Below are positions 57,684 to 64,000 of a DNA stretch of 64,000 nt, one piece after another. Numbering within the stretch: position 1 is the stretch's first letter; each line of letters opens with the position of its first letter. This stretch comes from an uncultured Gemmatimonadales bacterium (GTDB lineage Bacteria; Gemmatimonadota; Gemmatimonadetes; Longimicrobiales; Gaopeijiaceae): assembly GCA_963823035.1 (NCBI GenBank), contig CAWGKG010000014.1:1-64000 (forward strand), read 5' to 3'. The translations under genes and the position numbers were made by a program. The notes below the pieces were generated by a model. The model was not told where the DNA came from, searched no databases, and worked only from the letters and a program-made list of their open reading frames with translations.

Positions 57684-60069
57684 CGCAGCGTCACCACCGT
57701 CACGCCGGCTCCGCCCTCCTCGGGCGTGCCCATGCGGAACGACGTGACGCGTCCGTCGCCTCCCAGCAGCTCGCCCACCCGCTGACGGAGCGCGCCCGTC
57801 CCCTTGCCGTGGATGATGCGCAGCTCGGACAGGTCCTCGAGGACGGCCTGGTCGAGCGCCCGGAGCAGCTCGGCATCGAGCTCGTCGACACGGAGTCCGC
57901 GCAGGTCCACCTCCGTGCGCACCTGCCCCCCGGTCGGGCCGCTCCATCCGCCCGCGCTCCGGCGACGCGCGGCCTCGTCGGCGGCGCCGCCGCCCTCCAC
58001 GGGCTCCAGGTCGGCGAGCGGCATCTCGAGGCGCACCGCGCCCACCTCCACCAGCGCCCGGCCGTCGCGCAGCTCGACGATCCGCCCCTTCGCGCCGGTG
58101 GCGTGCACGCGCACGCGCTCGCCCTCGCGCGAGTTCGGTGGACGGACCCGTCCGGGCTGCTCCGTCGCGCGTGCCCGCGCCTTCCGCGCGCTCCGCGTCG
58201 CGGCCTCTTCGACACGGCGGCGGGCGCGCGTCGCCGCCTCCTCCAGCTCGGCCTGCGCCCTCCGCGGCGGAGCGCACCTCGGCGATCGCCTCCTCGACCT
58301 CGGAGCGCGCCTCCAGGAGCACGCGACGCGCCTCCTCGCGAGCGCGCTGGTCGGCGGTGCGCTCGGCCTCGCGCACCTTGCGCTCGCGCGCCTCCACCTC
58401 GTCGCGCAGGCGCTCGGCGCGTGCCTGCGTCCGTCTCCAGCTCGTCCAGGCGCGTCTCGGCCTCGCGCTCGCGGCGCTCCAGGCGTGCGAGCAGCTCCTC
58501 CATGCGTACCTCGTCCCCCTCGCGGTAGCTCTCCGCGCGGTCCAGCACCTCGCCGGGAAGCCCAGCCGGCGCGCGATGGCCAGCCCGTAGCTGCGGCCCG
58601 GGCGGCCCTTGATCAGCTGGTAGGTGGGCTCCATCCGGTCGGGATCGAACTGGAGCGAGGCGTTGACGATCCCGCTGCCCTCCCCGTCGAGGCGTTTCAG
58701 CTCACCCAGGTGGGAGGAGACGACCGTGAACGCGCCGCGCTCGACCAACACCTCGAGCACGGCCCGGGAGAGCGCGGCCCCTTCCGCCGGATCCGTGCCG
58801 GTGCCCATCTCGTCGATGAGCACGAGCGAGGTCGCGTCGGCGCCCTCGACCAGATCCTTCAGGTTGGCGAGGTGCGCCGAGAAGGTGGACAGGCTCTGGG
58901 CGATGGACTGCTCGTCGCCGATGTCGGCGAAGAAGGAGCCGAAGACGGGCAGCGTCGTTCCCGGTCCGACCGGCGGGACGATGCCGCTCTGCGCCATCGC
59001 GGACACGAGGCCGGTCGCCTTCAGGAAGACGCTCTTGCCGCCGGTGTTCGGGCCCCGACACCACGATCGCCCGCTCCCCTGCCAGCACCTCCAGATCGTA
59101 CGGCACGATCGGGCGGTCCAGCGTGTCCAGGAGGAGGGGATGGCGCGCCTGCACCAGGCGGAACGCCGGCGCGCCCGCCTCCGCGATCTCCGGGACCGAG
59201 GCACGCCACTCGAGCGCGGCGCGCGCACGCGCGTGCAGCGCGTCGAAGTCGACGAGCGCGTCGAGCGCCCCCGCCAGCGCGTCCCGCAACGGCGCGAGGC
59301 GGGCGGTCAGCTCGCCGAGGATGCGGCGGATCTCGCGGTTCTCGTCGCGCTCCAGGTCGCGGAGCTGGTTCATCAGCTCGATGGCGATCGGCGGCTCCAC
59401 GAAGATCGTCGCGCCCGTGCCCGACTCGTCGTGCACGATGCCGCCCACCTCCCCCTTCCCCTCCCTGCGGAGCGGGATGACGTAGCGTCCCTCCCGGATC
59501 GTCACCGAGGCGTCCGCCACCACGAAGCGCTCGGGGAGCGTGCGCATGTACGACTCGAGCTGCTTGACCACCCGAGCGTGCGCGCCGCGCAAGCGATCGC
59601 GGATCCGCTTCAGCTCGCGCGATGCCGTGTCCAGCACCTCCCCCTCGGCGTCGACCGCCCGCTCCAGGGCCTCCTGCGTCGGCGCGGTCCTCGATCAGCC
59701 GCTCGCGCACGCCGGCGAGCTCGGGGTAGCGTCGCTTCCCGGCCGTCGAGCTCCCCGGCAAGCACGCGCGAGGAGGCGAGCAGGACGGCCATCGCCATAC
59801 AGCTCCACCGGCTCCAGCACCGCGCCTTCCGCCGTGAGCCCCCGCAGGGGCCGGCGCACGTCGGGCACGGCCGGCATCCCCCACCCCGGCTTCTCCTCGG
59901 CGAAGCGCATCGTCGCACCGACGCGCGCGAGCTCTCGACGGATCGACGCCGCGTCGTCGGACGGCGCCAGCGCCCGGATGCGCTCTCCCGCCAACGCGCT
60001 GCCCGTGCGCTTCGCGACGCGCTCCAGGACCCGTGCGAACTCGAGGACCTCCAGGGCGTGCCGGCTCAA
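57680..60069 (-). CDS. mutS2: MutS2 with C-terminal Smr domain (multiple frameshifts)
   Basis: ALEVLEF, GPNTGGKS, IGDEQSIAQSLSTFS, DEMGTGTDP, IIHGKGTG. Confidence 0.92.
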
Positions 60070-60079
60070 CGCACCTCCC

Positions 60080-60520
60080 TCACGAGGCCATCTCCTCCCG
60101 GACGATCCGGTTCGCCTCCTTCCCGTCGAAGCGCCCACGGATGCGCGGCATCAGCTCGCTCATCACCTGACCCATCTGCTCGGCGCCACCTTCCAGGATC
60201 GCGCGTACGATGTCGCGGACCTCGTCCTCGGACATCGCGGCCGGGAGGTACTCCTGCAGGACGTCGGCCTGCGCCTCCTCCTTGACCGCGAGGTCCTCGC
60301 GGCCGCCGCCGCGCATCTGCTCGGCCGAATCCTTGCGCTGCTTGATCGCCTTGGCGAGGACCTGCACCGCACCCGCATCGTCCAGCGCACCCCCTGTCTC
60401 GATCTCCTTGTTGCGGAGATCCGCGAGGATGGTGGAGAGCACGAGCGTCCGCTCCTTGTCGCGCTGCTTGCGCGCCGCATTGAGATCGGCCTGGATGCGT
60501 CCCTTCAGGTCGCTGGACAT
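60080..60520 (-). CDS. GatB/YqeY domain protein
   Basis: KQRKDSAEQ, GREDL, YLP, MGQVM. Confidence 0.9.
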   Translation of the reverse strand: MSSDLKGRIQADLNAARKQRDKERTLVLSTILADLRNKEIETGGALDDAGAVQVLAKAIKQRKDSAEQMRGGGREDLAVKEEAQADVLQEYLPAAMSEDEVRDIVRAILEGGAEQMGQVMSELMPRIRGRFDGKEANRIVREEMAS

Positions 60521-60624
60521 GTCCGCCGGCGGTTGGCACATCCTCCGGAAGAGCTCCCGGTGGACGGCGGATGCACGGGGGTACGATGGCGCCCTGGACG
60601 GGCGCGCGAAGACGGGAGCGCCCG

Positions 60625-60654
60625 AAGCTACCCCGACCCGGCGGAAAGGGTCAA
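60625..60654 (-). promoter_or_regulatory. Putative sigma70 promoter of yqeY-mutS2-dnaG operon
   Basis: TTGACC-N18-TAGCTT. Confidence 0.5.
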
Positions 60655-60700
60655 CGCGGAGCCGGCGCCCGGGCGGCGGCGTTCCCCGGTCCCACGCGGC

Positions 60701-61051
60701 TCAGCCGGGAGGCCACCCGAGCGAGCGGCCGCCCAGGAGGTGGACGTGCAGGTGGTGCACCGTCTGGCCGCCGTCGGCCCCGACGTTGACCACCGTTCGG
60801 TAGCCGTCTTCGGCCATCCCCTCGGAGCGCGCGAGGTCGCGGGCCGCGAGGAGGAGGTCGCCGAGGAGCGCGCGGTGCTCGCCGTCGGCCGCGTCGAGGG
60901 AGGCGATGTGCTCGCGTGGGATGAGGAGGATGTGGGTGGGGGCCTGCGGGTTGATGTCCCGGAAGGCGACGATGCGGTCGTCCTGATGGACCAGTGCGGC
61001 CGGGATCTCGCCGCCGGCGATCTTGCAGAAGAGGCAGTCGGACGGGCTCAA
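60701..61051 (-). CDS. hinT: Histidine triad nucleotide-binding protein
   Basis: CLFCKI, GQTVHHLHVHLLGGR. Confidence 0.93.
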   Translation of the reverse strand: MSPSDCLFCKIAGGEIPAALVHQDDRIVAFRDINPQAPTHILLIPREHIASLDAADGEHRALLGDLLLAARDLARSEGMAEDGYRTVVNVGADGGQTVHHLHVHLLGGRSLGWPPG

Positions 61052-61158
61052 GGAGGCGGCCTCCGGGGTGTCGGGGGTGCTGGTGTCGGGTGTCGGGGGA
61101 GGGTCGCGCGAGGCGCGAGGCGGCGCGCTACGCGCGGCCGGTGCTTCCCTCCCACCCG

Positions 61159-61187
61159 ATCATGATGGAGGGTGGGAGCAAGGTCAA
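61159..61187 (-). promoter_or_regulatory. Putative sigma70 promoter of hinT
   Basis: TTGACC-N17-CATGAT. Confidence 0.45.
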
Positions 61188-61318
61188 TGCGCCCCCGGGA
61201 CGCCCGACGTCCCACCCTCGGAACTCGCCGTCCCGCCAGGCCATGGATTCGTCTCGGGCCCCGGAGCACGTTCCCCATCCGGCTCCCGCGAGCCCGTTCT
61301 CGATCCAAAGGAGGTCCG

Positions 61319-61756
61319 ATGGATGCCCTCGTCCTCTCCGCGGAGATGATCCTGCGCAGTCAAGTCGCACCCGCGCTTCGCCTCACCGACCTCCTGGAGC
61401 GTGTCCGTGCGGACACGGGCGTGCGGAACCTCGACGCGGAGCGCCTCCGGGCGGCGCTGGAGCTGCGTCCCGATCGCGTCCGCCTGCTCGACCCCTGGCG
61501 GGGCCCGTGGCGCTTCGTCCGCAGCGGGGCTGCGCCCCCGCGGGTCGGGGAGCCGTGGGTCGTGGTCGTCGGCGATCCCGGGGACCAGGGCGCCGCGCCG
61601 GATGGCCGCCCGAGCGTGGCACGTCGTCTGAGCGCGTCGGTGCGGTGGCTGGGGATGAGCGTCGATGCGCGCTCGGGACGGGCGCTGACCCGATGGCACC
61701 GGATGGTGGTCGCGGAGAGCGCCGCGCGGGACGTCCTCGCGAAGAAGGCCGCCTGA
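61319..61756 (+). CDS. Hypothetical protein
   Basis: AAAGGAGGT RBS before MDALVLSAEMILRSQVAPALRL. Confidence 0.65.
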   Translation: MDALVLSAEMILRSQVAPALRLTDLLERVRADTGVRNLDAERLRAALELRPDRVRLLDPWRGPWRFVRSGAAPPRVGEPWVVVVGDPGDQGAAPDGRPSVARRLSASVRWLGMSVDARSGRALTRWHRMVVAESAARDVLAKKAA

Positions 61757-61766
61757 CGTGTGGCGC

Positions 61767-62648
61767 CTATCCGCCCCCGCGCACGAACCACCCGGACCGC
61801 CAGTCGCCGTCCTCGTCCACGGCCTCGAGCGCGAAGCCGGAGACCGTGACGCGCGCGGCGAAAGCGTCCCACTCCTCGGCGGGGATCCCGGAGAGGATGA
61901 GCCATCCACCGGGACGGAGCGAGGCCGCAAACCCCTCCAGGAGCGGACCGAGGACGCCGGTCTCGATGTTGGCCACCACACCGTCGCGTGGGCCGAGGGA
62001 CGCGAGGAGCGACGGGTCCGCCCAACGCGTGCTCCAACGGACGCGATCGGCCACACCGTTCCGCTCGACGTTCTCGGCCAGCGCCTCCTCGGCGAGGTCG
62101 TCGCCCTCGAGCGCCAGGACCTCCGCGGCTCCGAGGGCGGCCGCCGCGATCGAGAGGATCCCGGAGCCGGCACCGACGTCCAGGACGCGCTCGCCGGGTC
62201 GGACCGTGCGATCGAGGAGCCGCAGGCATCCGCGCGTCGTGCCATGCTCGGCGGTCCCGAACGCCATCCCGGGGTCCACGACGACGACGTGCTCGCCCGG
62301 GCCGGGCTCCACCGGATGCCAGCTGGTCGTGACCCACAGCCGGTTCGTGATCCGCCGGGGCTCGAGCCCGCGCTTCCACGTCTCCGCCCAGTCCTCGTGG
62401 TCGATCCAGCGCGTGCGCAACTCCACCTCGCCGAGGGCCGGAAACCCGTCGAACCAGGCACGGGCGCCGGCGACGAATCCATCCGGGTCCGCGGGCTCCT
62501 CGAAGTGGGAGACGTACCAGCCGCCTTCCTCCTCGGCAACCGCCCGCCCACCCAACGCGACGAGTCCCTCGGCGAGGAGGGCCTCGGGCTCTCCCGCGGA
62601 GGGGCTCCGAACGGCGAACTCCATCCACCGACGAGGGGACTCGCTCAT
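61767..62648 (-). CDS. prmA: Ribosomal protein L11 methyltransferase
   Basis: DWAETWK, DPGMAFGTAEHGTT, LDVGAGSGIL. Confidence 0.93.
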   Translation of the reverse strand: MSESPRRWMEFAVRSPSAGEPEALLAEGLVALGGRAVAEEEGGWYVSHFEEPADPDGFVAGARAWFDGFPALGEVELRTRWIDHEDWAETWKRGLEPRRITNRLWVTTSWHPVEPGPGEHVVVVDPGMAFGTAEHGTTRGCLRLLDRTVRPGERVLDVGAGSGILSIAAAALGAAEVLALEGDDLAEEALAENVERNGVADRVRWSTRWADPSLLASLGPRDGVVANIETGVLGPLLEGFAASLRPGGWLILSGIPAEEWDAFAARVTVSGFALEAVDEDGDWRSGWFVRGGG

Positions 62649-63806
62649 CCTCCGGTGATCGCCTCCTTCACGCGCGACCAGAAGCCCTTCTGCGTCTTGC
62701 GGCCGACCTTCTCCGGCGCCGGCGACTCGACCTCCCGGAGCCGACGGAGGATCTCCTCCTGCTCGGCGCTGAGGTCGTCCGGCGTCCACACCACGACGCG
62801 AATCAGCTCGTCACCCCGTCCGTGTCCGTTGAGGTCGGGCAGGCCGAGACCGCGAAGGCGGAGCATCTCGCCGCTCTGGATGCCGGCCGGAATGGTCACC
62901 TTGGCGCTGCCGTCGACCGTGGGGACCTCGACCTCCGCCCCCAGCGCCGCCTGCCCGAAGGTCACCGGATGCTCGTGGACCAGATCCGAGCCGTCGCGTA
63001 CGAAGCGAGCGGTCTTCCTGCACCTCGAGGAGCACGACCAGGTCCCCGCGCGGACCACCCCGGGGGCCCACGCTCCCCTGCCCGCGGAGCGTCAGGAAGT
63101 TCTCCGACGTCACGCCGGCGGGCACCTCGACCTCGACCTCGCGCTCGCGGCGCACGCGGCCGTCGCCGCGGCACGTGCCGCACGGCTTCTCGATCACCCG
63201 CCCTTCGCCGCGGCAGGACCGGCACGGTTGGACGGACACGAACTGACCGAACACGGAGCGCTGGACGTGCCGCTCCTCCCCGGACCCGCCGCATACCTGG
63301 CACGGAGCGGGGCTCGATCCGGCCTCCGCGCCGCTGCCGCCGCAGGCGTCGCACGCGTCGAGGAGGGAGACGCGCAGCTTCCGCTTCGTGCCGTTCGCCA
63401 CGTCCTTCAGCGTGAGAGGGAGGCGGAGCCGCACGGTCTGGCCCTTCCGGCTGGCCGTGCGCTGCGGACGCGCCCCACGCATGCCGAACAGGTCTTCGAT
63501 GCCCGAGAAGCCCCCGAAGTCCCGCATGAAGACCTCGATGGCGTCGGCGAAGTCGAATTGGTGGAAGCCACCCGGACCGCCGCGGCCCTTGAGCCCCTGC
63601 TCCCCGTAGCGGTCGTAGACGGCCCGCTTCTCCGGGTCGCGGAGCACTTCGTAGGCTTCCGTCACCTCCTTGAACCGCTCCTCGGCTTCCTTCGAGCCGT
63701 TGTTGCGGTCCGGGTGGTATTTCAGCGCGAGCTGGCGATACGCCTTCTTGATCTCTTCGGTGTCCGCACTGCGTGCGACACCGAGCTCCTCGTAATAGTC
63801 CGCCAT
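62645..63806 (-). CDS. dnaJ: Chaperone DnaJ (frameshift near 63005)
   Basis: HPD J-domain, four CxxCxGxG repeats, C-terminal domain. Confidence 0.96.
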
Positions 63807-63823
63807 GGCAGGCTGGCCGATTT

Positions 63824-64000
63824 TCAGGTGGCGAAGAGGCGCGAGACCATCGACGACGTGTAGTCGACGATCGCCACCACCTTCTCGTAGGGCATGCGCG
63901 TGGGGCCGATGACGCCGATGACGCCCTTGAGGCTGCCCACGCGGTATTCGGCCGTCACCAGCGTGAAGTCCGCGAGCGCGAGCGAGACGTTCTCCCCGCC
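63824..64000 (-). CDS. hrcA: Heat-inducible repressor HrcA, C-terminal fragment
   Basis: Manual translation ...[28 protein letters not shown]; directly upstream of dnaJ. Confidence 0.88.
   Translation of the reverse strand, partial: GGENVSLALADFTLVTAEYRVGSLKGVIGVIGPTRMPYEKVVAIVDYTSSMVSRLFAT

Noticed and set aside
56637..59228. Apparent MutS2-DnaG fusion
   Set aside because: The Smr domain ends at 57680 in another frame, overlapping the dnaG ATG
61064..61103. G-rich GGTGTCGGG repeats, similar to 358-381
   Set aside because: Short, imperfect and compatible with chance in a very high-GC genome

Overview
High-GC bacterial chromosomal window. Gene content and order suggest Gemmatimonadota (inference). 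About 15 genes, several of them essential, carry single-base frameshifts, which looks like uncorrected long-read indel error rather than pseudogenisation. From about 6.4 kb to 64 kb the window is mostly minus-strand housekeeping: hrcA(partial)-dnaJ-prmA, hinT, yqeY-mutS2-dnaG-Zn ribbon-recJ-rsmD-coaD, an RsbV/RsbW/RsbU-like partner-switch triad, rsmA, rex with a perfect Rex operator, exonuclease, MBL hydrolase, thiolase-bioY-CPBP-hbd-acyl-CoA DH-LeuDH-glyA, nnr-thiL-plsC-eno-ftsB, tRNA-Met(CAT), a PEP-CTERM protein, tilS-hpt-ftsH-folP-cdaA, exbB-exbD-exbD-tonB, yggS-divIVA-ileS-rluD, and a DnaA-like double-AAA+/DUF4388-TPR/peptidase/NtrC operon. The best candidate for an undescribed system is the accessory cluster at 566-6422. 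It contains an atypical polyprenyl-synthase-family enzyme, a geranylgeranyl-reductase-family flavoenzyme, two proteins with amphipathic phasin-like N-termini and Lys/Ala-rich tails, and a coupled operon of apparently cytoplasmic Ig-like and Cys/His-rich proteins. No CRISPR array, integrase or IS element was seen.
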